A stretch of DNA of 64,000 nucleotides from Blastocystis sp. Blastoise. Taxonomy: Eukaryota; Protista; Bigyra: Opalinata. How positions within the stretch are numbered: position 1 is the first letter of the stretch; every line of letters begins with the position of its first letter. The stretch is from the NCBI GenBank assembly GCA_039096225.1, contig JBBPEB010000007.1:496001-560000 (forward strand), in the 5' to 3' direction. Positions 31,144-45,818 of the stretch are shown one piece after another. A model generated the notes under the pieces. That model was not told where the DNA came from and searched no databases. It saw nothing but the letters and a program-made list of their open reading frames with translations. Both the position numbers and the translations under genes were made by a program.

Positions 31144-34100
31144 TAGTTTTATTGATTTAAGTCGATATCTACTGATTCCAAGTCCTCAATCAAAAGGAGA
31201 ACCTACTGTGTTTTATATAAAAGGAAGAGATTCCGATATAGATACATGGAATATATTAGATTATCGTTCTAATGTTAAATATGAATTATGGGTTAATACA
31301 TTTGATATCAATGGAACTACTATACCCAAAAATCAAATACAAATAGATGCTGAAGGTATTTTCTATTATATATGTTATTTTTATTATTTATTTTTTTATT
31401 ATATGTTATTTTTATTATATATTATATATTTATATATCATTATATATTTTATATTTATATATCATTATATATTTTATATTTATATATCATTATATATTTT
31501 ATATTATATATTATATTTTTTTAGCAACGTATCCTAAAAGCGTATCATTAGCAGAAATGTTTTTATTCACTTGTAATCGTATTCCACAACTGTTTCAATA
31601 TATGGAACACAATTATACTTATTTCGCTGATTATTCGAATATAATCATTTCCCCTCAATATAATGGTTATTCTGCTATTTCTATTGAACCTCAACTTCCC
31701 CGCGGTTTATCCTTTGACCCTAATAATGGTAATATTTCTGGACGTGTATATAGATATATATATAGATTCTTTTATTTTTCTTCATAGTTTTATATTTTAT
31801 TTTAATTTAATCAAAACTATTATTATTATTTTATTTAAACAGAAATATACATGTGAATATTTATTATTTACTATATACTATTTTATCATTTGTTTTATCT
31901 TATATCAATAATAAATATATTTATATAGCTATTAGAAGCATCCCCCGAAACACAGTACACAATTACCGCACAATATCCACATCTTGTTACTGCTGTTATT
32001 TATATTACTATTATATGTATATTTATATGTAATCTATTCAATATCTCTATCCTATATATATATATATATAGCATCGCCATCTGCTAGTCATATAAAAGTA
32101 GAACGTCATTATGCTAATGATTATTATGTTGTCGATGAAATATTCACAATTAAAAATAAAAATACACAAAGAATTCTATTGGATGAACCAAAAGAAACTG
32201 TTCAAAAAAGTGATACTACACTTTATTATGAATTCTCTGTCTCTTCAGATATCTATGAAGTTATATTAGGAGAAGCAGTATCTGAAAGAGGTTGGGCACA
32301 TGGTTCATATTTAAGTATATATATAGCTACTCAATATATTCCTCCCGAACAAAGTATCAATGATATGACTGGGTATTACTTGATATTCCAAGAAGCATAT
32401 ACCCTTCTTGGATCTACTAATATGATTCTCAATTGTATACACTATATTATATATATTATATACTATACTATAATATATACTATATACTTATTCTATAATA
32501 TATGTATTATATATACTATTCTATTCATTATATAATATATCTTATATACTATTCTATATTATCTTATATACTATTCTATTCTCTTAATAATCTTCTATAG
32601 TTGAATATTTAATTCTTCAACATGCTGAATGGAAACACAATGAAGGATCAATTCCATCTGATTGGTTCTCCTCTACATTCGATGATTCTAATTGGCTCAC
32701 AGAATCTATTGGCCAATCACCTATTTCTAAGGCAATTCATATCTATAGAAAAACGTTTAATATTGATTCTATTGATATGTCTGATTCTGTAGAAGTTCAA
32801 ATTGCATATTATTCTGGAATTGTTATATATATAAATAATAAAAAAGTTTTTATCAATCATATTGATGAGTATATTTTATTGTTGTTACTAAAATTATTAT
32901 TATCTTATTATTTATAAATATATTATATTTCATATATAGGCCTATTACTACGGGTTCTACTGCTACCAATTTTTATGGAACACTCATTACTAGAAGGTAT
33001 ATTTATAATATAATATATATATATAATTTAAAGCACATATATATATAATAAGAATTATCCTTTAACTATATATATATACAGAATAGTATTTTCAATGGAT
33101 GCATTTAAGCTTGGAGATAATACTATTGCCGTTATGTTAATCCCTCATGCTGACGAACCAACAACCAATTATATCTTTGATATGTACATAAGAAATATGG
33201 GTAAAGGTATATATATATATATACTTTTAATACCATTTATTTTATATCATATGTATTATTATTTGTTTTTTTTTTTTATATTTATTATATATTATTTTTT
33301 TATGTAATTCATATATATATATATAGGTGATGTACGTACCTTTATGAATGATATCTGTGATAGTGAACAAATAAATGCTTTTGATCACGATTATAGCACT
33401 GTTTTAAAGTTCTATACGTCGATTACTGATACCATATATTATAAAAATACTTTAGATGAGTATATATAGAGTGATTATAATTTTTATTATTATTGATATA
33501 TTTATTATAATATTTATTATTATTATTACATATATTATTATATAGATATTCTATACTTTCTATGTATGCCTTCGTAGCTGATTATTCAACATATGAAGAT
33601 GAACGACCTCAACAATGGATTTTACAAGGACGTAAAAAGAATCGCGGGGATGAAGAATGGATAGATATAGATAAACAGACTAATGTGAATTGGGATACAA
33701 AGAAACAACGAAGAATGTTTGGAATCCCACGGGAAAATCAAGGATTATATAATGAATATCGTCTTACAGGAATAAAAGGATTATATAATGAAATTCAACT
33801 TTTAGAAATAGAATTCTATTCGAATTCTATGGTGTATAATTATCCTTCTTTCGAATATACTCCTAATGATGTTTCGGTATATATAGGTACATATCTAGAT
33901 GAATTAGTACCTAAATATGATGATTATTATACTAATTATACTATTACTCCTGCTCTTCCCACAGGAATAGCTCTTAATCCTAAAACTGGATCTATTCGCG
34001 GTATTCCTGATTGTCCCGCTCAAATAGTAAATTATACAATTACTGCTAGTAGATTTGATAATACCCTATGTTCTAATACAATTCTTATTTCTTATAAGTC

Positions 34101-34787
34101 CTGTACTGATGGTCAAAGTATCCTTGAAGTTGATATCCATTATAATAATAACTATAAATCAACTGAATTAGATGTAACAAGTCAAAAACGTGAAACTATT
34201 ATTTCAACTTTCTCTATATCTGAAGTGTACAGAGAGTATATATATATATAATATTCGTTATGAAATATTATTATTTCCTTTATATTTCTATATTGTTTCT
34301 CTTTTCTTAATATCTCAATAATAATATCTCAATAATAATAATTATAATAATAATTATAATAATAATAATAATAATAATATATATAGATTTAGAAATCGTT
34401 ATGAGGATATATATTTAATTCGTCGTTATTTTATGTGTATACCTCATGGTATGTATACAGTAAAACTAACTCCAAATAAACCAGAAAAAATGGGTCCACC
34501 TTATGGATATTCTATTCGAAATTCTGCAGGAACAATACTTAATAGTGGGTCATTTGATGAGACACATGCTAAAGCTGTGATCTTATTGGATAGTTCAATG
34601 CCTATTCAATCAGGAGTTACTTTATGGAGTTATTTTGTATCTAATGATGATATGGGTGATTGGACAAGTAAATATTATGATATAGAATCATGGGAAAAAA
34701 TGAAAGAGAATAACATGAAATGTAATGAAAAGAAAAATATATACTTTAGAACAGCTGTATGTTTTATTTATTTATATATTTATATAT

Positions 34788-34818
<31 letters not shown>

Positions 34819-36805
34819 TATGTATATTTTATTTATTTATTTATCTTATTTATATATATTTATATATTATAAACCATAGTAATATATATATCTATAGTTT
34901 AGTATTGATGAAATCACTTCTCATTCTTCTCTTGATTTCCGTATAAAAACAATTGGGTCTATATATGTATATATGAATGAAGATTTAGTATATTATATGA
35001 ATATTGATAATTCCACTTTAGTTGATCATACATTTACATTAAGTATTCAGAATAATGCTCTTAAATCAAAGAATAATATATTAGCTATACATATAGAAAC
35101 AAAAGATATATTAGAGACTGAATATTTATATGTAGATTGTGCATATACTTATGGTGCTCAAACTCGATTAATGAATACATTTACTTATTCATCATCTTCT
35201 TCTTTTTCTCCTTCTCATCCTCTTTCTAATATGTTTGATATTGATTTCTTTACAACTACTGAGTTTACTGGAGATTCACAAATAGTTAATATTGATATGG
35301 GTAATGAATATAAACGTTATTTTAATAGTATATTCTTACAAACATGGAATAGCTCTCATCCCAAAACTATGGATATTTATGGAAGACAAGAAGATGATCA
35401 TGAATGGATACCCTTATTAGAAAAAGTATATTATTCTTTCTATTCTGTATTATCTTTTTTTGTATATATAAAAATCAATTTTTTATTGTTATAAGTCTCT
35501 TTATATATTATTATAAACACTTTTTTATTTAAAAATAAAATAATTTTATTTGTATATATACAAGTGTTTATAATTATATAAATATATAGTTTGAGATACC
35601 AGAAAAAGGATTATATACTGAATATATCAGTGTACCTATGGGTGTAGCAGGTTTCAGATATATTCAGTTATATTTCAACAAACATGTTAAAGAACCTATT
35701 TCTTCCATAATATCAGAGTTTAATTTTGTATATCAGAGTTATAATAATTCGATGTGTCCTTCTGCTTATGGTTTATTGTCTGTTGGTGAAGACTATACAA
35801 GTTATGGATTCTGTGGAGATAATAATCAGGGATATATATATAGTGTTTGTGATGGTCTTCGATTTGACCCGCCAAACCGCTCTTTCTGTACACTTTTACC
35901 TCCAAAATTTGTTCGATATCCAGAAATATCTTATATATTCTTCACAGATACTAGTATTACTCCTCTTCTTCCTACCTACGAACGTGTTGTCGATTCCTTT
36001 AATATTCAACCTGGTAAATATTTATATTTATTAGTTTATTATTAGTTGTATTATAATTTATTTTATTGATTTATAATATATTATTATTTTTATTGATTTA
36101 TTATATATTATTTTTTTTTATTGATTTATAATATATTATTATTTTATTGATTTATTATATATTATTACTAGCCCAGTATACTAAATATAATAATAATATA
36201 TATATAGCCCTTCCTTCTGGATTATTCTTTGAATCTGAAACAGGTAAAATATTTGGTAAACCTACAACTATAATGTCTACTACTACTTATACTCTACAAG
36301 CTATTAATAAGAATGGTATGGCTACATTTGAATTTACTATTCAAATTAATCCTGGTTATTGTTCTATGCAATCGTATCCTCCTACAAATATTCATGAAAC
36401 ATTAATTTTACCTTGTCCTGATGGTTATTATGGTCAAATCCAAGTTCTTTGTGAAACCGGTAAAAATGAACCAACTTATGCAATGCCTATAAATGAATGT
36501 ACAAGTTTAGTTCTTACAATTAGTGTTACACTTAGTATTACTGTAGCTGTTATTCTTCTTATTCTTCTCCTTCTTTGTATGCGTACTAATAAGAAAAATA
36601 AGTATATTATTATTTTTTTTTTCTATTATTATTTTATTTTATTATTTTATATAAACTATAATACAATATATATATACTTATCTTATAAAATACTATTATT
36701 CATATTTATATTTATTATAGGGAAGAGATTCATCGTCTTAGAAATCCTGCAATTATTCTTAAAGAAACTTCAAATACATCGATAAGATCTTCTCAAAAGA
36801 TTTAA
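29649..36805 (+). CDS. Large type-I membrane/surface protein with putative Ig-like (He_PIG) repeats and galactose-binding-like domains
   Basis: Signal peptide MKINLLVLFTILFG. Three Ig-like motifs: PQLPRGLSFDPNNGNISG, PALPTGIALNPKTGSIRGIP, PALPSGLFFESETGKIFGKP. Repeated W...FD...W units, Cys-rich region, C-terminal TM helix and short basic tail. Confidence 0.8.
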
Positions 36806-37263
36806 AATTGATTTCTATATGTTTTTTCATTAATTATATTCAAATTGATAACTGTACATTTATATATATAATAAACATTTATTCAAGTCAATCATGTCAT
36901 ACATAGTTGTTTTGTATTATTAAAGATTTTTTTATTATTAAAGACTTTTTTATTATTATTCTTATTTATTATTCGTAAGAAATTTAATGAATATATATAT
37001 ATATATAAATTAATTTGATACTAATTAAAACCATTTAATTATATGATATACTATTGGTTAATGAGTAGTATTTATAATATAAATAAGTTTAAATATAATG
37101 TTTTTACTAGAGTAGACTATAAATTATGAACGCATAAAGAAGAGAGTATATATAATTAAAATAAAACAAAATATATAAGAAAGTATATGTAAAAAGTATA
37201 CACGACAGAAATAGAATTGTTTTATAAAGAATACTTGATAATAAAGAGAAAGAATAAAACAAT

Positions 37264-38455
37264 TTAACCCCAGAACTCACAAACATCTTGAGCAGTCTCT
37301 CGCTTCTTTATTTCTACAATCTATATATATATATATATATTATTATATTATTTATATATATTAAATAAGTTTTTTAAACTATATATACAGATTTATTATC
37401 ATCTCCAGCGAAATATGCATGAACAGAAGGAGCAGGACAGGAATTATAACGAGAATACATAGATATAGTATATGCACCTGCGTCATGAATAACGTACCAA
37501 TCACCTTGTTCTATTTTAGGAAGAGGACGGTTCTTGCACATGAGATCCCCCGAAAAACATAACGGACCTGCAACATCAGTAGGAACAACATTATCAAATT
37601 TAGGAGTTCCATCAGGATGATAGACTGAAATATGATGATACCACGTGTCAGGCATGTACACTTCACGTGTAAAACAGTTTCCACCTATAAAAAAAGTATA
37701 TAAAATACATATATATTATAATACATATATATAATAATATAAACATATAATACATATATAATAATAATAATAAAAAGGATACAAATAATACTATATATAA
37801 ACAATAAAATACAATACCTGCATGTCCAATAATCACGTGACGATCCCCCGCTTCTTTTGTATATTCGCAACGGCTAACAAACCAGCCCACCTTACTGATC
37901 ATACTACGTCCAAACTCCGTTAAAATAGTGTATTTTCCCGTGAATAATTCAGGAACAGAAGCACGTAGTTTAGTGGAATATTCATTAAACGGTAAAGGTG
38001 CGTCATCTTCGGTATATATAACAGGCATACCACCACCTAAATCTAAAGTATGTACCTAGATATATATATATAAAATATTATATATAATATTATATAGATA
38101 AATAATATAAATTACTTGTTCTCTACCAACATATTGATTGATTTCTTCTGCTAAATCGACGATGAAGCGAGCTCCTAATATATATATATAATATATATAT
38201 AGAAATATATATAATAATATAAAAATATATAAAGAATAATAAAAATAGATCATACAACTAGTAAGAGAATCTATTTATTATATATATATATATATATATA
38301 CCTTTAACAAATAAGTCGATAGGACATCCTTGAGAACCAACGTGAATATGAAGTCCTGTTAATTGAGGCCAATTCTTATAAGTATCTAATATCTATATAT
38401 AGATATATACTATTGTCTTAATATAATGATTATTACTAATAGAATAATAAACATA

Positions 38456-38497
<42 letters not shown>

Positions 38498-39419
38498 ACA
38501 ACTTTTATATATACTTGTTGTTTATATTGTTGAATAGGAACTCCAAATTTTGAAGTCGAAGTAGCTGTTGATGTCATTAAAATATTACCAGCACCTAACT
38601 ATATATATATATATAACTGAAAAAACTCTATAACAATAAAAAATATTACTATTCATTATCAATAAAGAAAGTATTATTATAATTATTATGATTACATATA
38701 CTTGTGGATTAATACGTATACCAATATCAGCAGGTTTAATCATTCCTTGTTTATTCAATTCTTCAAAGATTCTTTGTCCTTTAGCTACCTAAATGAATTA
38801 TTAATATATATATATAATGATTAAATAAATTATTAATGACGAATATTCATTATATATACTTCTTGAAGATTATCAAAATTAATATGGATTCCATTTTTGA
38901 AACATAATTCGAAATCTTCTGAAAGTTTTAAAGGAGAATCAAATACAATCTAATCCATATAAACATTTTTAAATATATATATATAATTCTAAAGATACTT
39001 TATTATTAGGACAACCAGAATGAAGTGCCTGATGAACCTATATTTATAGAAAAAATTTAAAAAAATAAAAAATAATAAAACAAATAATAAAATAATAAAA
39101 AAACAATACAAATAATAATAATACAAATAATAATAATAAAATTATTAAAAAAACAAACTTCACCAGCAGTAGCACATTCAACACCACCACCTAATGATGT
39201 GACTGTTTGAAGAATATATCGAAGAGGATTAGCTTTAGCAGCAAAGCAATGCTTGAAATAAGGTTCGGGGAATGCAGTGTGAACAGCATTCAAACGTCTT
39301 TCGAAATCAGTCATATCTATCATTAAAGAGCATGGATTATGCTCTCCTAACATTCCAGCTTGAACCATTCGACTAATGGTCTTAGGAATTTGTAAACGAC
39401 TACCAAATGCTATACTCAT
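37264..39419 (-). CDS. lysA: Diaminopimelate decarboxylase (PLP-dependent, Orn/DAP/Arg decarboxylase fold III)
   Basis: CFAAKANP (PLP Lys), GVECAT, IVFDSP, GIRINPQ, SKFG, GLHIHVGSQG, LDLGGG, TEFGRS, GPLCFSGD, DAGAYT; 9 coding exons. Confidence 0.85.
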
Positions 39420-39422
39420 CCC

Positions 39423-39484
39423 CTATAGAATAATGTCAAAGATTATTTCTATATATTCATACACGACGAATAACAAAAATCTAC
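39423..39484 (-). other. Probable 5'-UTR intron of lysA
   Basis: Minus-strand AG|GTAG...CTATAG ending 3 nt before the ATG. Confidence 0.45.
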
Positions 39485-40406
39485 CTAGAATTACTTTAGA
39501 GAAAATATCTATTTAAAAAAGGGAAAGAAACAGAAATCCATGTATTTTTTTCCCTTTTTAGTAGGTAAAAGCAAATTAATCATGGAAAAGAAAAATCATT
39601 AATTTCTCCTTTTTAACATTAATTTTTCAAATCATTTTTATTATTTATTGCTTTGATTTATTCTATTTTTAAAATTGATATTTTTCATATCTGTAGTCTA
39701 TTACATATAAAAATATATTTTTTACGATTCATTATCATAAATAACATGTAAATGATAGATTCTTTTATGCTTTCTTCTTATTAAATAATATTTAAAAGTA
39801 TTTTAGAAGATTAATAAGCAAGTTATTGCGTAGAGAATCAACTCCATATTCTTAGAATGCCTCTTTTTTTTAAGAATCAATGCTTTCATGTATTTATCAT
39901 TTACACTCTTATATAAGATACATTATTTTATGGAGAATAAATGAAAAATTAAATAAAAAAAACATTTGTTGTTGATTCTGTGAAGAAAATAAAAGATCAC
40001 ATAAAGAAATGATCCCATATACGACATTAAATCATTTCTATGTCGTATTCTTATCTTCTAAAAATAACAATAGAGAATAATATGACATTATTATAATAAT
40101 TAACACACAATAGACAATTAATCAATAAATCATTTGTTCTATTGTATTCGCATTCATATTTCGGGGTAGATAAACATAATTGCTAATGAGAATAAATAAA
40201 AAATGTGTTGAAAACAAATTGATTACTAACAACAAAGTTTATAAAATATTTATAAATGTTTTTCAACATATATTTTTCCTAAAAATTTTTTTTATTCAAT
40301 TTTAAAAGCCACTCTAATAAATAAATATATAAAATAAATATCAAAATTCTATTATCATAATAACAGAAGAAACACAATCTTTATTTTTTTTTATTTTAAT
40401 TACACA

Positions 40407-41808
40407 ATGTCCGCAAGATATATTGTATTAGGTTCTTCAAATATGGATTTGATTTCATATACTCCTAGAATTCCAAAGGAAGGTATTCTATCTCGCTAAT
40501 TCATTCATCCATATTACTTTTATCTTAGGAGAAACAATAATTGGAACTCTTTTTGAAACAAGATTTGGTGGGAAAGGAGCAAACCAAGCTGTAATGATTT
40601 CAAAAATTGTTGATAATCCAAAAGATGTCTGTTTTATCTCTCGTGTTGGCTCGGATGATTTTGGAAAACATATGATTAGTGATTTAAATGAATATGGATT
40701 GAATACTGATTATGTCCATGTCACAGATCGTTGTGCATCAGGTGTTGCATGTATCAACATTGACAGTAAAGGACAGAATAATATTATTGTTATTCCTGGT
40801 GCAAATTTCACTTTAACTAAGGAAGACGTCGATTCTTGTCCATATTTAAATTCCAAAGCAGATATTCCTACATATTTAATCATTCAATTCGAAATTCCTT
40901 TAGAAGTTAATTTATATGCTTTACAAAAAGCCAAAGAAAACGGTATGTATTATATATATATCCTTTCTGGTTTCTTCTATCTGTATTTATAAATATAACA
41001 CTAGTAGATTATCTTTATAAATATGTTTATAATTTATTTGATAATATATATATATATATAGGAATTATTACTATTGTGAATCCTGCTCCTGCTCCAACTA
41101 TATTTCCCTTATCAATATTACCTTATTGTGATTATATATGTCCTAATGAAACAGAATCTGAGTTAATTACAGGAATGTCCATTCAAAATAAAGATATATC
41201 TATCTTTAAAGAGAATATTAAAAGAGCTGCACAAAATATACTTGAGAAAGGAGCCAAGAATATTATTGTAACACTTGGAAAAGAAGGATCGTTTTTTATG
41301 AATGATTCAACTGTATATCAATCTTTATATTTCTTTATCTATAATGATTCTTCTTCTATCATTTTCAAAACAATTGTTATGTTATTTAATTATAGTCTTT
41401 TTTTGTTCAATCATTTCCTGTTCATTGCGTGGATACCGTTGGCGCTGGAGACTGCTTTATTGGGTCTTTCACCTATTATCTCTCTAAACGTATATGGAAT
41501 TTTTATATTTATATTAAATATCTATTTTTTAATCTTATCTTTTTTTTCTATGTATATTGTTATTAGAATTTTATTGCTTTTCTTCTTCTTATTATTATTA
41601 TTAAGTTTTTTTTCTTCTTCTATTATTACTAAGTTTTTATTGTTTTTTTTTCTTTTATTATTATTATTACCTATCCCCTATTCTTCTAGATTATCCTATT
41701 GATAAATGTATATTGAATGCAAATTATGTAGCTAGTTTATCTGTTTCTCGTTCTGGAGCTCAAAAGAGTTATCCAGTCAAACAAGAAATTGATCCTAAAT
41801 ATATTTAA
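40407..41808 (+). CDS. rbsK: Ribokinase (PfkB family)
   Basis: GSSNMDL, PKEGETI, GGKGANQAV, VGSDDFG, NPAPA, PNETE, VTLGKEG, VDTVGAGDCFIG, GAQKSYP. Confidence 0.95.
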
Positions 41809-42257
41809 ATACTTTGTTCTCCTATTAATTCATGTACAAAGTAATTTAATGAATCAATTATGATGTCATAGTCATTTTCATATTCACATCATATATTTTA
41901 AATACTTTTTTTTTCAATAAAAACAATTGATCTTGTTTAGTTTAAATTTTTCGTTGAGTAATCATACTGTTTCTCATCATTATCAATCAACCTAAGAACT
42001 CCAGCTTATAATAGAATAGTTCTAATGATATTCTCAACAATAATTAACACTTTGTTTTTGAAATTTCTACTCATATTATTACTATTCTTTATTAAATCAT
42101 ATCTATAGACAATTCAATCATATATTATTATATCAGATCAATAAAATAATGTAAACTGCCTTTGAAATAGTATAAAAAGAAAATTAGTGAACAAGAAAAA
42201 AGACTGGATAGTTTTTGAAGAAATCCTTTCTCATAATTCATCATAAGTCTGCATACT

Positions 42258-44656
42258 ATGAAAAATCTAAAATATACCCCTTTACTACTTTTAATCGTTA
42301 TTTCCATATACGTAAGAAATGTCACTTCTTCCTCGAAAGATTGTCAAATCCATTCTTTTTCCGCCTCTTCTATTCGTCAATCTATCTGTGTTGTGACGGC
42401 CTGGAACGATAGAAGCATTTATAGAATAGACAAAAAACGTATGGATTATATTCATAAATGATGACGTTTTCTAATATATATTTTTTTCTTGTTATTTATA
42501 CTTTACTATACTATCTCTATGATTTTAACACTATAGAAAAATATATTCTTGTTCCTCACCATATCAACAACTTGAATCATGAGTCATGGTATTTTTTATT
42601 TCCATTTATTAGCTATCATTTAATGACTCTTGTTTTCTTTATAGGACATCAGTGCATCAGAGTAAGTCTGCTGATCAAATATCAGAAGAAAACAAGAAGA
42701 ATAAAGCAATTTCTCATACATCTGCTTCTTCTATGAATAATCAGTTTGTCATTAAATCTATATCAGACACTGTTGTTATCACTAATAATACTCGATTAGA
42801 TATGCAGAAAATACGTACTTCTGATCTGAATTCTTCTCTTTCCGAACAATTCTTTAATACATTATATATTTACAAAGTTATAATTCTTTTATGTCAAATG
42901 ATTTTAAATTCAATTCGTACACCAGATAAGATAGTAGACCCAGTGGCTACGAATCCAGTATCAATGAATCAATATCGATCAAATAATATCTCTACTGTTG
43001 TTTCTCCTTCTCATCCTAATAATACAACTGAAAATATACATATCATAAATAAACAAGGAAATAGTACTATTCCTGTGTCTATATCTATAAAAGAGAATGT
43101 TACTAATCATAATGACTTTATTCCTATAACAGTAAATAAAAATGTAAATATTTCTACTATTCCTGTTGCTTCTAAAAACAGTATTATTATTTCTAATAAG
43201 ATCAATATTACTATTCCTACTAAAGTGAATACAAATATTCCTGTTTCTATACCTATAACAACTGTAACAAATGCATCATCATTATCTACAAGCGTTATAG
43301 TGTCATCTAAAGATGTTATAGTACCATCAAAAGATAGTATAGTGTCATCTAAAGATGTTATAGTACCATCAAAAGATAGTATAGTGTCATCTAAAGATGT
43401 TATAGTGTCATCTAAAGATAGTATAGCACCATCTTTGTCTTCTAATACTTCCTCTTCTTCATCATCTTCATCTTCTTCATCTTCATCTTCTTCATTATCT
43501 TCATCTTCCTCTTCATCATCATCTTCATCATCTTCCTCTTCTTCTTCTTTTTCTCCCTTATCTTTCAATCATACAGCAGATACATTTGAGAACTATATAG
43601 AACTCTATAAGGAATGGTCTGCTGCTATTAATAACCAGCCTCATCCTTCTGTAGGTACTATATGTTTCTATCCTTCTCGACATGGTCTTTCGAATAAGAT
43701 CTATGGCTATCTTGCTGTCCTCTTATATGCTATGGTTAGTAAGAAATCATTTGCAAGTATATACTATATATATATAGAGTAATATTATTTTCTAGAATAG
43801 TTATTTATAATTCTATAAATATATACTATAGTCTGTAATTGGCCGACTTTTTATCATTTCTTTGAGGTTCCAAATTATGCAATTCAAATGAACACAAGTA
43901 TATATTTATATCTTTTCTCTCTATAATCATTAAACAAGAACAGTATTCTTTTTCTTTTTAAGAAGAAAAAATAATTGCATCTTCTTTATAGCAAAATTTC
44001 CTCAATATCGTTTTTTCGTGTATAACAATAAAGATGCGAATTTCACAACCCTTCGTCAAGTCGATATTTTTAATAATAACTTTACTATAATTACTTCTAA
44101 TTATATGGCTGGTATTACTTATATACAAAGTCCATATATAGTAGATCGATATAAAGAGATGGGTATCTCTTTAAAGAAATATCCTCATCATTCAGATATT
44201 TCTCTGGGACAATATTTAGCACAAACATTACTCCTTCGTTGTCTTACTCCTTCTCAAGAAGTAGAACATAAGGTAAAACAGTTTATGATTCAATTTAAAG
44301 GACATTATATGATCGGTATACATATTCGAGCAGGAGATCTATTTATGGACCCTAATTATGGAGAAACCAATAAAGTTCCTTCTTGGGAAAAGAATTATAA
44401 TAAATCAATTGCTACTGCTGAACGATATATGAAAGGAATTCAATTACCTGTAAAATGGTATCATTTAGTATTCATATTATTTTTTAATTATTTTTATTTT
44501 ATTTATTGTTTTTATTTTATTTATTATTTTTATTTATTTATTTATTTATTTATTATTATTTATTTATTATTATTTATTTATTATTTATTTATTATTATTT
44601 ATTATTATTTATTTATTATTATTTATTATTTATTATTATTTATTTATTATTTATTT

Positions 44657-44696
<40 letters not shown>

Positions 44697-45164
44697 TTAT
44701 TTATTTATTAATTATTATTATTTATTATAAATTAATTTTTAATCTATATATATTATATTTCATCTAAATATATAAGCAAACAAATATATTAGCGATATTA
44801 CATTTTCTATTAAATAAATGAATTATTTCTTAATTTCCATAGGTTAGTGTGTTCTGATTATGATCCTATTAAAGTCCGATTTCATAAAGAATATCCTCAA
44901 TATACAATTACTTATAATTCTACAATTATGCATACATCTCGAGGTCATTTCTATTTTCATCCAAGTTTCTTAGATGCCTTAGTAGAGCAAATATTATTTG
45001 GAAAATGTAATAAACGAATCTATTTTGGTGGCTCTTCATTTTCTAGAATTGGTAATATGTTCTCAGGTGAATTTATTAATAGTATGCAATACCGTCGACG
45101 ACTTCTTCTACAAGATACTCTATATAATTATGAAGAGAATAATCATGATTTTGAACTCTTCTAA
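42258..45164 (+). CDS. Fucosyltransferase-like GT-B glycosyltransferase (alpha-1,2/alpha-1,6 FucT superfamily) with long Ser/Thr-rich stem
   Basis: N-terminal hydrophobic anchor; HGLSNKIYG; motif I IGIHIRAGD; motif II WLVCSD; motif III ALVEQILFGKC...SSFSRIG. Confidence 0.75.
43294..43548 (+). repeat. Coding 21-nt tandem repeat (about 6 x IV[S/P]SKD[V/S]) followed by a poly-Ser tract
   Basis: Units atagtgtcatctaaagatgtt / atagtaccatcaaaagatagt, then a (tct/tca)n run. Confidence 0.9.
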
Positions 45165-45818
45165 ATATTATTTCTATATTTAGTTATATTTATATATATA
45201 TATTTGACAAATATTATGCTATCTATAATTATTATTTTTTCTTTATTTACTATTTGTTTTTTAAATCTATTTTATCAATTTTTTAAAACAAATCTTCTTT
45301 ACCCTTATTATTATTTAATTATTTTTATTATTATATTTTTATTTTTAATTTTCCTCAAATAATTATTAAATAGATATACTTTCCTTTTCCTATATTCTAT
45401 GCATGATTTTTATAACAATGCTATCTTTATGTTCATTTCCTTTTCCCTAATTTTTTTTTATTATTAATTTTTAAGGTTTCATATTTTATTAGTATGTGCA
45501 AATGCTCCTTTCTTTATATTTCATCGTTTTGCTTTAATTTACAATATCATGGGAGTGCAACATGAATGTTTTTTTGTTGTTTACTTTCATTTGATTTCTT
45601 TTTGCATCATAAACATCGTTAGATAACTTGGTAAGATTATTTTAAACTGTAAATAGACATCTAAACACGTTAAACAATTAAAAAACCATTTGAATTTTAA
45701 AAACGATTCTCCCTATGTGAGCGGTGTTTTCAGAAAAATAAAAACGTTTTTCATAGGGGATCTTTTCTTTCAAATTCATTCATAATTCTCTATAGCTTAT
45801 TATTTCAATTAATTGAAA

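Noticed and set aside
38950-38998. lysA intron with a GTATCTTT donor (U12-like GT-AG)
   Set aside because: One mismatch to GTATCCTT and no convincing U12 branch site; treated as a U2 intron.
42860-42930. Possible small in-frame intron in the fucosyltransferase stem (LYIYKVIILLCQMIL)
   Set aside because: The frame is open either way and no strong donor/acceptor pair is present; it cannot be decided without RNA data.
43107-43568. Antisense acidic ORF (also 56152-56433 and 14469-14690)
   Set aside because: Shadow frames of repetitive or biased coding sequence on the opposite strand.
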